DNA of 64,000 nucleotides, from contig CDMY01000227.1 in assembly GCA_001179505.1 (NCBI GenBank), positions 372,001 through 436,000 on the forward strand. The letters are read 5' to 3'. A program made the translations under genes and the position numbers. Origin of the DNA: Vitrella brassicaformis CCMP3155. Lineage: Eukaryota > Protista > Chromerida. Within the stretch, counting starts at the first letter, position 1. Every line of letters starts with the position of its first letter. Below are positions 39,085-51,641 of this stretch, in pieces. The notes beneath the pieces were generated by a model, which saw only the letters and a program-made list of their open reading frames with translations, ran no database searches and was not told the DNA's origin.

Positions 39085-41165
39085 ATGAGTGACCCGTCCC
39101 TCCTGAGCATGTCGACAACAACAGGCTCTTCCACTCGGCAGCCGTCCAACCCCATGACGTCGCCTGAGCCGTCAACAGCAGCAGTGCCGCACATGACCTC
39201 GGTGCACGAGATAGGCGCGAATTCGGTGAGTGTGCCGGGCATGGGGCTGGACACGGTGGAGGAGGAGAGCGTGGCGAGGGGGAGCATGTGGAACGTCCTG
39301 AGGAAGCTGGTGGCCTTCATGGGACCGGGATGGCTCGTTGCTATGGCGTACCTTGACCCAGGTAGGTGGGCACCCAGCCCCACACAACACACTCACACAC
39401 GATTCACGTGTGATGCTTGTCTTGTACGAGTCATGGTGCAGGGAACATTGAGGGCGACTTGCAGGTGGGTGCATTGCGACGTCCCGGGGACGTCTCGGCG
39501 GGGTACCGCCTCCTGTGGGTGCTCATGTGGTCGACAGCCGGAGGGCTGCTGCTGCAGTGCCTGGCCGTGAGGCTGGGCAACGTGACGGGCAAGGGCCTGG
39601 CCGAGTTGTGTCGGCTCGAGTACTCGCGACCCATGAGCATCCTCCTCTTCACCATGACGGAGATCGCCATCATCGGGGCCGACTTTCAGGCCGTCATCGG
39701 CAGTGCAGTGGCGCTCAAGCTGCTGTTCGACATCCCTTTGTGGACGGGCATGCTCCTCACCCTCATCGACACATTCACCTTCCTCTTCATCGGCTACTTC
39801 GGCGTCCAGCGGCTCGAGCTCCTGTTCGCCGCTCTCATTGGCCTCATGGCCGTCTGCTTCTGGACCAACCTCATCATCTCTCGCCCAGACGTCTTCTCCA
39901 TCTTCCGCGGGCTGGTGGTGCCGAGCGTGCCGAGGTCGCGAGACGGGATGCTGTCTGCGGTGGGGCTGCTGGGGTCGGTCATCATGCCGCACAACCTGTA
40001 CCTGCACTCGTCGCTGGTGCTGTCGCGGAGGGTTGAGCGGCATGAGCTGTCCAAGGTCAAGGAGGCTAACTTCTACTCGTGCACTGAGGCGGGCCTGTCG
40101 CTGGTGGCCTCGTTCCTCATCAACATTGCCGTCATCTGCGCATTCGCCAACTCCAAGATCAACCGATCTGGCGAAGAGGTCAGTCAGGGAGGGAGGGAGG
40201 GAGGCCGACAGACGAGAGCAGCCGTGAGCCGGCCAGCGACACATACGTGTTTTGTGTGTGTGTTTGGCAGCGGCTAGATCTGTACAACGCCCACGATGCC
40301 CTTGCTGATGCATTTGGGCAGGTAGGTAATCATGACGAGACAACGGCGACTCCAGATTCGATCGCGTGTGTCTGCGGGTGTATGCTGCAGGCGTCCGTGT
40401 ACATCTGGGCCATCGGTCTGCTGGCGGCCGGTCAGAGCGCCACCATGACGGGCACTTACGCCGGCCAGTTTGTCATATCGGGATTCTTCAACTTCCATAT
40501 GAAGCCATGGCTGCAGGTACGTCACCGGGCACTGGTGACGCACGCACAGACGTACACCTGTTGTCTGCTTTGTGTGTGTCTTCCTGTAGGTATTGATCAC
40601 CCGTCTGTTGAGTGTGTTGCCGTTGCTGGTCACGGTGGCTGTCCTGAAGATCGACGATCTGCTCAAGCTGGCGGCCTACCTGAATCTGCTGCAGGCCATC
40701 CAGCTGCCCTTCGCTCTGGTGCCCGTGCTCAAGTTCAACACGAGCCGCAAAGCGGTCGGTGCCCTTCGGCTGGGCTGGGGCGTGCGCACAATCACGATTG
40801 CCATCGGCCTGGCCACGATCGTGGGCAACTTTGCCACACTCATCCCGACATCAGGCGACGACACCCGCATCCTGACGGCAGCGGCGGTCATATATTCCCT
40901 GCTCGGCGTTGTCTATCTGTCGGTCATTGGGTACCTGGTGTGGCGACCCATGCAGGGCCACCACTGCCTTTATCGACGGCACTCTCTGCTGGACCCACTG
41001 GTGTTGCAGACCGTCGCACATCAGCCAGACATGGATGGCAGCAATGATGCTAATGGTGTCGAGATTAATGGGGATGAGGGGGGCAAGTCTGGAGGGTATC
41101 AGAGCAGCGACAGTAACGGGGGGAAGGTGCATCCAGGGTCTGCAGAGAGGACGTCAATAAGGTGA
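39085..41165 (+). CDS. NRAMP: NRAMP/SLC11 divalent metal transporter
   Basis: [69 protein letters not shown]. Confidence 0.97.
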
Positions 41166-41604
41166 TAATTGTATGATTGATGCGCGACTTTCATATTGAG
41201 TGTGTGCACCCACCCACCCAGAACACCCACAGTGTACCTTAGGCCGTCATCACATCTCTGTCTGGCTTCATGCGCACATGAATGGATGGATGGACGTATC
41301 AGTGTTGCAACGCCACTGACTGGGTGTGTCTCTCGGGTTCATGCGTGTGGCTCCCAGACAGCGAGTGATGTACGAAGCTTCACGCATGAATGACATCGTG
41401 TGAATGTTCACTGATCTAAAACCCGACGTCAAGCTGAACAACCTCTCATGTCAACGCATCGCATCAATCTGGATCAAACGAAACTCGACAGATATAAAAC
41501 GTAGGCAGCGATTGTCACATCCCACAGCGTCATCGCAGAGACACCACCCGCTACCCCACCCACCGGACCGACCAAACCCCTACCCTCCTTACCCGTACCC
41601 CCCT

Positions 41605-44600
41605 TTAGTGGCCCATGAGCACCTGCACGTCCCGGCAGGTGTCGCTGAGGCGCAGCCGGCCCAGCGTGCAGCGCAGGCCGTTCTCGACGGCCGTCTCGAT
41701 CAGGTGCTCTAGGAGGTCGTCCCCGGGCTGCAGCGGGTGGGTGGCGAGCAGGCCCGCCCCGATGTGGTGGAGCTCGCCGTTGGAGAAGTCGTACTGGGCG
41801 GGCTGGCTGGGCGCCTGCGCCCTTCTGGCAGCGGAGACCCGCAGGCCAAACAAGGCGCACCGCAACCCGATGCAGTCCCGGGGGTGGGCGTAGAGGTACG
41901 ACACCTTGCGGACGGCTTAGGCAAACTGAGCGCTGCACACACGACACATACACAGAGAGAGATGCCGTGACATGACGATAGTGACATTATCTCCCCATGT
42001 GTCTCCCTCCTCGTCAGTCTTACGGATGGCGGCAGGCTTGGATGACGGTCCGAATCCAGGCCTTGTACGCCGCATCCGCCCAGCTCCTGTCGATCTTGTC
42101 CCGAGATCGAAGCCGGCGCTGTGGCACTGTGAGGCCTCTCGTGTAGAGATTGATCCCCACTCCCCGTAAGGCTGCCGCCTGCGCGTTGTTGAGGAGGAAG
42201 AGCGCTTTCGGCAAGGCAAACCTTACGGGGATGAGGATGTCGGCGCCGTTCATCATGCGGATCCACAGCCCGCCCGCCGCCCGTCGCCACATGACCGCGC
42301 CCCTTGCGTTAAGCATGGGCTGGTCGGGCAGGCGGGCCAGCAGCAGGCGGGCGATGGGGACCGCTACGCAGCAGAACCACACGTAGAGCCGCACTCGTAC
42401 TGATGGACAAACAAACAGGGAACAGTGATGCATTCACTGGTTTTGACCGACATGTGTGTGAAGAGTGAGGTGGTTGAGGTCTCCTTACACTCTGGGCAGG
42501 GCTGCGGCGTCCACACGTAACATGTTGCGTTGATGAAGATCCACTCATAACTGACACAAACAGACGAAGGATTACCACACACATTAACACAACCAAGCTG
42601 TGGTCATCCTGTCCGCCATTGTGTTGCCTTCCTTCCAATCCGCGTTTATCCCCACAGAGTTGCTGCAGCGCCTTGAGGGCCCGGTTCGGCTTGTCGCCGA
42701 GGTGGTGGAAGTGCCCCCCTTCGCTTTCAGCGCGTAGTGAAGATAGATGGGAGCGTGTTTGAGGATCGACGGAGGGCTCAATACTGTGTCTTGCACCCTT
42801 GTTGACAACCGTTTTCATCACCACCACCGCCTCAGCACGGCCCTCATACACCGACATCAAACCCTGCACATCCAACAAACCAACCAACGCATATGTGCTG
42901 CTTTCGTCAATTGACTTTCTTACGTACCTGCGTGTGAAGTGTGCAGCTTGGAATTGTGAGTGCTGCGCTTCTTGGCGCCGTCCGCTCGCCCTCTCGCTCT
43001 TCCTCTCAGCCCGCAACAGCATCCACCATCTCACTCAACTGCACACATCCATCCATCCATCGATCCATCCATCAAAGTAGGACACACACCACATAAACAG
43101 CCAGTTTCCCCTTCATTGTGTGTGTGTGTGAATCACCTGTCTTGCCGTATTCGATGAGCTCAGCCACAGTGGGCCTGGTGGGCAGAGGTAGCTCTCGAAC
43201 TTCAGCGTCGGCACCACCACCACTCAGCACGACGCTCATACACTGACACCGAACGCTGTACACACCAACAAGTGCATCTTTGTGCCGCCAACAAGTGCAT
43301 CTTTCCATGTGTCTCTTGTTTGTACGCTCTCACCTGCAGGGGACTCAGTCACGGCAGTGGTCGTCGCGAAGGGGTTGAGGCGAGACGACACACTCGACAC
43401 CGACGCAAGCTGATGCGACAACGAAGCGGAACTCTCCCTGCACAATCATGATCACACACGAAGGAATGAATGGAAGCAGCCAATCGCTCATCATTGATCG
43501 ACTGATTCACTGATTTACTTGCGGTAGGGGCGGAACGTCGGCACAGAGAGAATGATGGGCTTCATGACGGCTGCACCACCACCAGCAGCAGCAGGGGACT
43601 CAGTCACGGCAGCCTGATCGTATACACACACACACAGGTCGCTGTGAATGCAATCTCTTTCAGTTCGCTTGCCTTGTGTGCTTCCTGCGAGGCGCCACTG
43701 CTGGCTGCTGCTGGTGTTGCAGAGGATGATCCGGGCGAGCAGTCCTCGCGGCCGCCCCAGCTCTCATCGTCGTCATCGGGATCATCATCCCACTCAAAAC
43801 CTAATATGATACAGACAGGCATGCATGATCATGAGGATTTCACGAGCTCACCGGGAAAGTATGGCTTGCAGCCCTGTGTTATCCCCAGGAGAAGGAGGAG
43901 CCTCTTGGCCTCGAAGTTGAACAGCCCGCAAAGCCCGCGCCGCTTCGACCACTTGCCATTCCGTAATTCGTTGCTGCACATGGGAATACACAGTCTCTCT
44001 GTCTGTTCTTTCCCTTCCTCACTTACTCCACACGCCTCAGGATTGATCGGAGCCAGATTGCGAACCTCTCGGCGCTCGTGAACATGCGACGCGCTTCCCA
44101 AATGTCTGTCCCGGCTTGGACTGCCGCCTCCTAACACACTCACACAAAACACACACACCGATGTATGTGTGAACGGGAGCGGCGTCTCTGTGTACTTCGG
44201 TATTGCCCCTTCGGTTGTTCTCATCGAAAGCATCACGGGCCAAACCTGACATGCACGAAGTGGACACATGCACGAAGTGTGACCGTCGCTTAGATGAGGG
44301 TGTGGATGAAGACCTTGTAGGCCGCGTCAGCCCTGCTGCGCTTGAGGGTTCGCCGAGACCAGCGGCGCCGCTGCTGGGCCGTGAGGCCGCGATCGCTGAC
44401 CCAAAGAGACAAAGGAGCACCCGCACACATGAACACAACCTTGCTGTCGTCATCCTGTCCGTCATTGTGTGTTGTCTTACTTCCAATTCGCGTTGTGCCC
44501 ACAGAGTTGCCGTGCAGCTGCAGGTAAGTACTGGACGACGAATTGTAGGTAGTACCATAGGTTGATTGCCACGTACTGCCAATCAAACACACAAACACAC

Positions 44601-45260
44601 CAAAAAATCTAACGAATGACGACGTTTGTGTTGATGCATTTTCATGGATGCATCAATGTGAGAATGCATGTGGTGCAATGATGCATTACTTACCTCGTTT
44701 GTGTGATGGTGGCGTGCACTGAAGTGCAGCAGGTTGGCATACACCTCACGATGGTCCGGGTAGACCATCCCCGCAACCGACCACACCCCAGCCACCAGGA
44801 CCGCGGCAGCATATTTGGGAAGAGCAGGCTTCGCCAGCGGCAGCGCTGCACGATCCGCTTGGCCTCTGCGGGAGGCGCATCGTGGCGGCCTGCTGTGGCT
44901 GATGGGCGGATGAGTTGAGGGGGCTTGGGCTGGTGGATGGGGATGGGCAGCCTTTGATAAGATTTCAGCGAAAGAGAGAAAGAGGGGATGGGCGAGGATG
45001 CAGGATTGTCGAGTGCTTGAGCAGCGAATGCGCAAGCAAACTCCTCCCACCAATATCGGCAGCATATTTGGGTGCAACAGCGCCCGTCACTGGGTGGTGG
45101 GTGACGTGGTGGGTGGGCGTCTGGATGGGGAAGGTCGGGTGATATCCGACTTGTTGTGCGGCATATAGGTGCCAGCCGCTGGCTGGAAAGTGAGAGAGGG
45201 CTGCACCAGTGCCAGAGGATGACGGTGATGCGGGGAAAAGGTCGCGGCCCAAAAGTGGGG
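41605..45260 (-). pseudogene. Degenerate, internally duplicated locus of an unknown protein family; probably pseudogene(s)
   Basis: GC3-rich exon fragments with in-frame TAA at 41917-41919 and 44290-44292. Paralogous segments 42030-42140 / 44290-44395 and 42585-42665 / 44428-44510. One copy has a 1-nt indel and a mutated donor. Confidence 0.5.
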
Positions 45261-45512
45261 GCTGCGAAAAAGCTGCCGTCTCAATTCTCGCCAGTCTCGT
45301 ATTTCTCGCCGGTGCCTTTGTCTTCTCACGCTCGGTTCATTCCGTCATGGAACTATCTCACATAGTGTTCCCATCCGTGACACAGAAATGTCTGTACATG
45401 CCCACAATTGAAAAAGCCGTCCGTTGACGGCGCAGTCACTCACTCCATGAGCAAACCATCTGCTTCTCACCTCCCCTCTCCTTCCCCACCCCCAGGGCCG
45501 CTCTAACCCCCC

Positions 45513-46530
45513 CTAGATGTGCAAGTAGGAGAAGGCCAGCGCCTCCATCCATGCGCCAAGGTTGTAGCTGCCCGCCGGCGCCAACGCGGCCGCACAAGAG
45601 AATGCGGCCGCGAAAAATGGCGTCAGTTCCCAACTGTCGCCGCCGCCACTACCTATCGTCAGGTACTGCCCTCCCCGCAGCAGTGACTCTAGGTGGAGCA
45701 GGCAGAAGACGAACAGCCCCAGGCCCAGCAGCAGCGACACGTAGTACGCGAAGGTGATGATGGAGATGCCGCGGCTGCCGACGTTGAACGTCTTGTAGAG
45801 GGTCGCCACGCGGGCAAGGGTCTCGAGTTGGAGAGCGCTGGACAGCAAGATCAGCGGCCAGAAGACGACGATCCAGTGCCATGACAGGGAGCTGTCGGCC
45901 TGTCGCCATACACAGCAGAAAGATCACACACATGTGTGACGGCAACACGTGTTGGTCCTACAGCCTCCCTCGCGCACCTTCATGCTGATCATGAAGATGG
46001 ACACAAACAGCACGGCTGCCGCGATGCCGGCCCTCAAGCTTTGCCCCGTCCGAATGATGATCGTCTTGAACACGGCAAGCAGCAGCAGCATTTCTATGGG
46101 TATGACCACCACATGGAACCGGGCCGTCGACACGTGGAGGGCTTTGCTGTACAGAATGGAGGTGGAGAGGCACAGGGCGACGGCCACCAGGAGGCTCTGC
46201 AGGTTGGCGAACATCGATCGCCACATGCTGCAGATCTCCGTCTGGATGGCGAAGTAGATGCCGACGGCGAGAGAGGCTGCGGTGAGGATGAGCACCTCGA
46301 GCGAGAACAGCAGCAGAGGGAGGACGACGTGCTGGGGCAACACTGATGGATAGATCTGCACAACACAACACGCACAGGACAGCACACACACACATGGGAG
46401 GCTTGTTCCCGCGCGAAATATCGTCCCCCTTCAAGTTGTCACCCACCTGGTTGACGTATAGGAAGAGCATCACGAGGCTGGCGCCAAGATGGGCATACAG
46501 TGCGGTGCCGACAACCCACAGGTACACCAT
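45513..46530 (-). CDS. Polytopic membrane protein, TMEM185/Fragile-X-F-like
   Basis: Three exons with about 8 hydrophobic helices. DSSLSWHWIVVFWPL resembles the TMEM185 W..VF.P motif. Confidence 0.55.
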
Positions 46531-47015
46531 TCGCAAGCTGGAATGAGTGATGTAGAATGTCTCCAGCTGCTTCGCCAGCTTCTCTTGCCGCTTCAGACGC
46601 TGTATGCGGGCTGTGCGGACCGGACACGCATTGAGGCAGGAAGAGCAGCATCAGCGACTGCGACAGCATTCATGTGTGTGTTGTCCACACGTACCTTCGA
46701 GGCTCTTTGAGGTCGTGATTGGAAGGTATTGCCTCTGCTTCATTGTCGACAGACCACCCATGGATGCTGCGGCTCCTCAACAGAAACTGCGCTACACGGG
46801 CACCAGACGCACCGATAGGTCTTCTGTAATCATGTCGCTTCAACTGGTTCTGTACTGCAGATCTTGAAGCAGGGCAACGAGTGCAGAAGGGGAGGGGCGT
46901 GCGCCTTTGGTGGTGACGATTAAGGGTAAGATTGTCCGTGTGTCCTAATTTTTTGAGCTCGCCCAGAGAGAAGTAAGGCCTCCGCTGCCTCCTCCCTGAG
47001 CATCTTTTGGTGCAG

Positions 47016-48848
47016 ATGAGGCTTTTCGCATCTTTTCTGCCTCACTTTTTCATCTCCGCAATGGTGCTCCTCTGCCGCACGTCGGCCTTCCAGATCTCGA
47101 GAGCGATACGTGCTATGAAGGGGCCGCAAGGCGGCCGGCCCTCACCATGGAAGATGCAGTCATCGACAACAGACAAATATCGCCAAGATCCACCGAAGCC
47201 CAGGAAGGTGCGTGGCCACGCAGCTAGTCAGCACGATGAAGGGACGACAGCTGATCTGATCTGATCATCTTTGCAAGGATGCATCCATAATGCATGCGCT
47301 GTGTTCGCCAGTTTGCCATCCGTCCCGACAAGGCCCTCGACATCGCAACGGCATCAGCAGGCCTGGTGTTCCGCCTTGGGTCGGGCGCTTTGGTCAACGG
47401 TTATCGCGTGTCCTTCGAGAAGGCCGACACTGACACTCCAAAGGACGCGCCACAGACGCGAGCGCCGAGCGGCCTTGACGAGGATGAGTACACCTTCGTG
47501 ACAGTGGCTGGGCGGAAGACGGTAGGTAGACCTCTAACTGCAATCACGTGAAGAAAGCTACAGTCGCAATTTCCCAACCTCTAATCATCACTTAGGTGGA
47601 GACCAACAGGCTTGGGAAGCGGCCTGCCGTCCCGCTAGAGCTCTATGAGTTCGAGGGATGCCCATTCTGCCGAAAGGTGAGCGACGAGAGAGGAGAAGGG
47701 GGAGGGGCCGGAGGGCGACATTCCCTGTGTGTGTCTTGACTGTCGTGTGACGGTCAGGTTCGTGAGGCTGTCAGCATCCTTGGTAAGGCCGGACGGACAC
47801 AAGAGGAGACGAATGTGATGATCATCGACCACTTTCCCTCTCTCCCTCTCTCTCTGCGTGTGTCTGTCTGTCTGTCTCCCTGCAGACCTGGACGTGCTGT
47901 TTTACCCGTGCCCCAAGGACGGCAAGGTGTATCGGCCACGGCTAGTGGCCCGCGCGGGAAAGAGCCAGTTCCCATACCTTGTCGATCCCAACGAGAAACT
48001 GGAGATGTACGAGTCTGACGGTAAGGAAGCGCCAAGGAGGGGAGGGATATATGGAAGGGGCCGAGTCTGTTGCACAAAGCAAGCTGCTGTCCCACATGTG
48101 TGTTTGTGCGGTGCGCGTGTGTTCGGTTCAGACATCATTCAGTATTTGTTCGACACGTATTCTGACGGCAAGGTGCCCCTCTTCCTGCGGCTCGGCCCCT
48201 TCACCACCATCACCTGTGGGCTCGGGCTGGCACCGCGACTCGGGAAGGGATCGAGATACATACCGGTATGCGTGTGGCCAGCCAGCTGGATGGATGGATG
48301 GATGGACAACATATGTCCTCCTCTGTCGCATTTGTGTCTGTGTGTGTGTGGTTTCAGAGCAAGAGCCCACGGGAGCCGCTCATTCTATGGGGTTATGAGG
48401 GATCGCCATTTGTCAAGATCGTGCGAGAGGTGCTTTCATCCCGCGAGCTGCCGCACCTGATGAAATTCTGTGCGAGGGGCAGCCCCAAACGATCGGTAAG
48501 GTTTGTGAGGCCCCTGCCTGTGTGAGTGTGCGTGGAATGGATTTGTGTGTCTGTCTGCCTGCAGGCTCTGCTCAAGAAGACCGGCACGTTCCAGGTGCCG
48601 TATCTAGAAGACCCCAACACAGGTGTCAAGATGTTCGAGTCAGCCGAGGTATGTGGGCGTGCCGTGCGGGAGTGTCTGTCGGCCGGAGATGGGAATGATT
48701 GCGTTGCGTGAATGTGGTGTGGTTCTCTCTCTTGGGCTTCATTCAGATCGTCAATTATCTGAATGACGAGTACGGCGTGTCGAGCGACGAGCAGCAGCCT
48801 GTGGGCACCAGCAGCATGACCACCACCACATCAGCAGATGACAGATAG
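47016..48848 (+). CDS. Plastid-targeted tandem GST-N/thioredoxin-fold (glutaredoxin-like) protein
   Basis: Bipartite leader MRLFASFLPHFFISAMVLLCRTSA|FQISR. Two Trx-like domains: LELYEFEGCPFCRKVRE...QFPYLVDPN...MYESDDII.YL and LWGYEGSPFVKIVRE...QVPYLEDPNTGVKMFESAEIVNYL. Confidence 0.88.
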
Positions 48849-49654
48849 ATAGAACCAAATACATGACGCATGGTGAATAAATGGCAGCCAACGACTTCAG
48901 CTGTCTGTCTAACTGTCCTGTGAGCTGGCAAAGCCAACCTCTAGCGTGCGTGCGGAGCGAGGGAGGGAGGGACTTAGCGAGTGATGGGGCGGGGTGGGCT
49001 GCTCTGGGGTGCCCAGACGAATTGATGGATGGATGGGCGCATGGAGCTTGGCGGCTCGTAGGTTTTGGCTTGTGTCTGTACAGCATCATGCCCAAATACT
49101 TGTGTGTGTGGGGTGAGGATGTGGGTGTCTGCAAATGAAGTCCATCCGGTGCATGTGGTAGGCCGCAATAGCGGCTAATAAATAATGCGTGTGTGATCGG
49201 AGAAGCCACAGACTCAGACAGACAGAGAGGCATTAATTCTTTTTCGGTTTGCGACGGACAGACTGACGGTATGCATTGACAGAAAGGTGACCCACGCATG
49301 CTATCAATGATCCTTCAGTCAGTCGTTCGCATATATAAAGCTCAAGCATCCTTACAAGAGAGCTAGCTAGCCAAGCCGGGGGCAACACAGGAAGCGAAGC
49401 TCGTTATGTACACACAGATGTAAGTCGGAAAGCGGTAGAATGAGAGGCGACGCAGAGGGGGGAGGGAGAGGGAGGGACACAGACAGACACGCACACTCAG
49501 ACTCATTTTCGCAGAGAGCCACGCATCAAGTGTGCGAGAGAGAGTTCACTCATCGTCACATCAGCCCATACACACCGAAAAACCTACGTCGTCATGGCCT
49601 AGCCACACACCATCTATCGCATCCCCTCACCCTCCCTCCCTCTCCCTCTCTCCC

Positions 49655-50074
49655 TCACTGCTCCTTCTTGTCCTCCCCCTCCCCCTCCCTCGTGTCGGCG
49701 TCCCCGCCCTCCTGCACCGCCGCCCGGATGGGCATCTCCTCCAGGTAGGCCAGATAGCAGTACACGGCCAGCACCATCTGCACCGCCAGCACAGCCGCCG
49801 CCCCGGCGTAGGTCAGCCGGGCGTTGGTGCGCACCTCCACCCACCCCTGGCTCATGATGTACAGGGCGGCGTAGAAGACGCCCACGGGGATCAGGAAGAG
49901 CACGATGGACGTCAGCCAGAAGCGCAGGCTGACGTCGCGGTTGTCGGGGTTGAGCAGGAGCTGCGCGAAGGAGTACTTGACCCGAGGCTGCTCCTTGCCG
50001 GGTGGCGCCTTGGCTGCCGTGCTGCCCTCCTTGTCGGGGCTGTCCGTGGCTGCCGCAGATGCTGAACTCGCCAT
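49655..50074 (-). CDS. VMA21: V-ATPase assembly factor VMA21-like, single exon
   Basis: 139 aa, two TM helices (IVLFLIPVGVFY; YAGAAAVLAVQMVLAVYCYLAYLEE), C-terminal KKEQ ER-retrieval motif. Confidence 0.8.
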   Translation of the reverse strand: MASSASAAATDSPDKEGSTAAKAPPGKEQPRVKYSFAQLLLNPDNRDVSLRFWLTSIVLFLIPVGVFYAALYIMSQGWVEVRTNARLTYAGAAAVLAVQMVLAVYCYLAYLEEMPIRAAVQEGGDADTREGEGEDKKEQ

Positions 50075-50269
50075 GGTCGAACGAGATCTTCCTTGACGCA
50101 GCCTTCAGCTCGCACCGACAGCCTAGGGTAGCTCTGAAACCGCTGCTGCGACAGCCGTTCGCTACAGGAACTGTTGAAGGACGGCGCTCCTCCAACAACT
50201 TGATCTGCATCCGCCCTGAAGGTCCTTCCGTCAGATCTGCCATCTGCCTCATCAGCATCGTCACGCGAC

Positions 50270-51067
50270 ATGACGACTGAAGTGGTGAAGCTCAACGTGG
50301 GCGGCAAGACGTTCGAGGTGGCCAAGAGCACGCTGATGAAGCACCCTGACGCCATGCTGGCCAAGCTCGTCGATGAGAAATGGACGCCCAACCAGAGCGA
50401 GGCCCTCTTTGTCGATGCCGATGGCGACTTGTTCGCCTACGTGCTGCAGTACTACCGCAGGGGCACGCCTGTGAGCGTGCCGCATCACGATGGCGTTACA
50501 AAGGACCAGGTGGGATCACGCATCACTGCAAATATCATGCTCGAACACCTGAGGCACTCACCGACTGACATCTGTGTGTGTGTGTCGTGTGTGTGTGCAT
50601 CACTTTATCAGCTCAAGAAGGAGTTCGACTACTTTGGTATTCCGCTGAGCGACGACATGATTGCCGTGGAACTGGCACCCTCATTCGCCGACCTCAATCG
50701 TGCCCGCGATAGATGCCTTGTTCAGGCACTCGAGGGGCTCGACAACCAAGCTGCAGCATTGTCGAGCGAGAGGACGACTTACATGTCGTTGAGAATTGCG
50801 AGGCAGGTCCTCTCCCGCCTTATCGACAAGACCGAGGCCTATTGGCGTCAACCGTCGGCTCACGCACAGCATGGACAGACCGAGGTGCGGCTGCAACCCG
50901 AGTTCGCCGATGCAAACAAAGCCTTGCAAGCTGAGCTACGAGGGTACAGCAAGGAGAGAATGTTGGAAGTTGCTGGCAACGTCAAGACGATCCTGGAGGA
51001 CCTGGGCTTTACCGTGGTGGTGTGCGAGACAGGCCACAACCTCGGTAACCTCACGCTGACTTACTGA
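50270..51067 (+). CDS. BTB/POZ (KCTD, K+ channel tetramerisation-type) domain protein
   Basis: VVKLNVGGKTFEVAKSTLMKHPDAMLAKL, FVDADGDLFAYVLQYYR, KKEFDYFGI. One in-frame intron at about 50509-50610. Confidence 0.9.
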   Translation: MTTEVVKLNVGGKTFEVAKSTLMKHPDAMLAKLVDEKWTPNQSEALFVDADGDLFAYVLQYYRRGTPVSVPHHDGVTKDQVGSRITANIMLEHLRHSPTDICVCVSCVCASLYQLKKEFDYFGIPLSDDMIAVELAPSFADLNRARDRCLVQALEGLDNQAAALSSERTTYMSLRIARQVLSRLIDKTEAYWRQPSAHAQHGQTEVRLQPEFADANKALQAELRGYSKERMLEVAGNVKTILEDLGFTVVVCETGHNLGNLTLTY

Positions 51068-51341
51068 GTGCGCGTGGAGGTGCCTTTTTTCTTGGCCCTT
51101 GCCTTCAATGTGCTGTGAAGGCTATTGGCATCAAAGCGTGGATTGGAGATGTGCGACTTCACGCTCACTTACTGAAGAGAGATGAGTCAGAGTAATGTGG
51201 ATGCGTGAAGGTGTCCTTCTTTTGTTGTTTTTCTTTTTCGCCTGTGCCTTCGATGTGCTGTGAGAGGTGCGTGGCGGAGCTGAGACTCAGCTTCTGAGGG
51301 GACATGAGAGGGGGGGGGGGGGCTCTCAGCTGCAAGCGGGG

Positions 51342-51641
51342 NNNNNNNNNNNNNNNNNNNNNNNNNNNNNNNNNNNNNNNNNNNNNNNNNNNNNNNNNNN
51401 NNNNNNNNNNNNNNNNNNNNNNNNNNNNNNNNNNNNNNNNNNNNNNNNNNNNNNNNNNNNNNNNNNNNNNNNNNNNNNNNNNNNNNNNNNNNNNNNNNNN
51501 NNNNNNNNNNNNNNNNNNNNNNNNNNNNNNNNNNNNNNNNNNNNNNNNNNNNNNNNNNNNNNNNNNNNNNNNNNNNNNNNNNNNNNNNNNNNNNNNNNNN
51601 NNNNNNNNNNNNNNNNNNNNNNNNNNNNNNNNNNNNNNNNN
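51342..51641. other. Assembly gap (300 N); flanks share 16 bp
   Basis: tcagctgcaagcgggg appears immediately on both sides. Confidence 1.

Noticed and set aside
42364-42402. YECGSTCG plus downstream GAGLLATHPL, suggesting a pre-SET/SET domain
   Set aside because: YECGSTCG is in a non-coding frame that stops immediately, and no NHSC or post-SET motif is present.
41917-44292. Genetic-code reassignment (TAA read as Gln)
   Set aside because: TAA terminates intact genes here (e.g. BolA, NRAMP); the two internal TAAs are confined to the degenerate locus.
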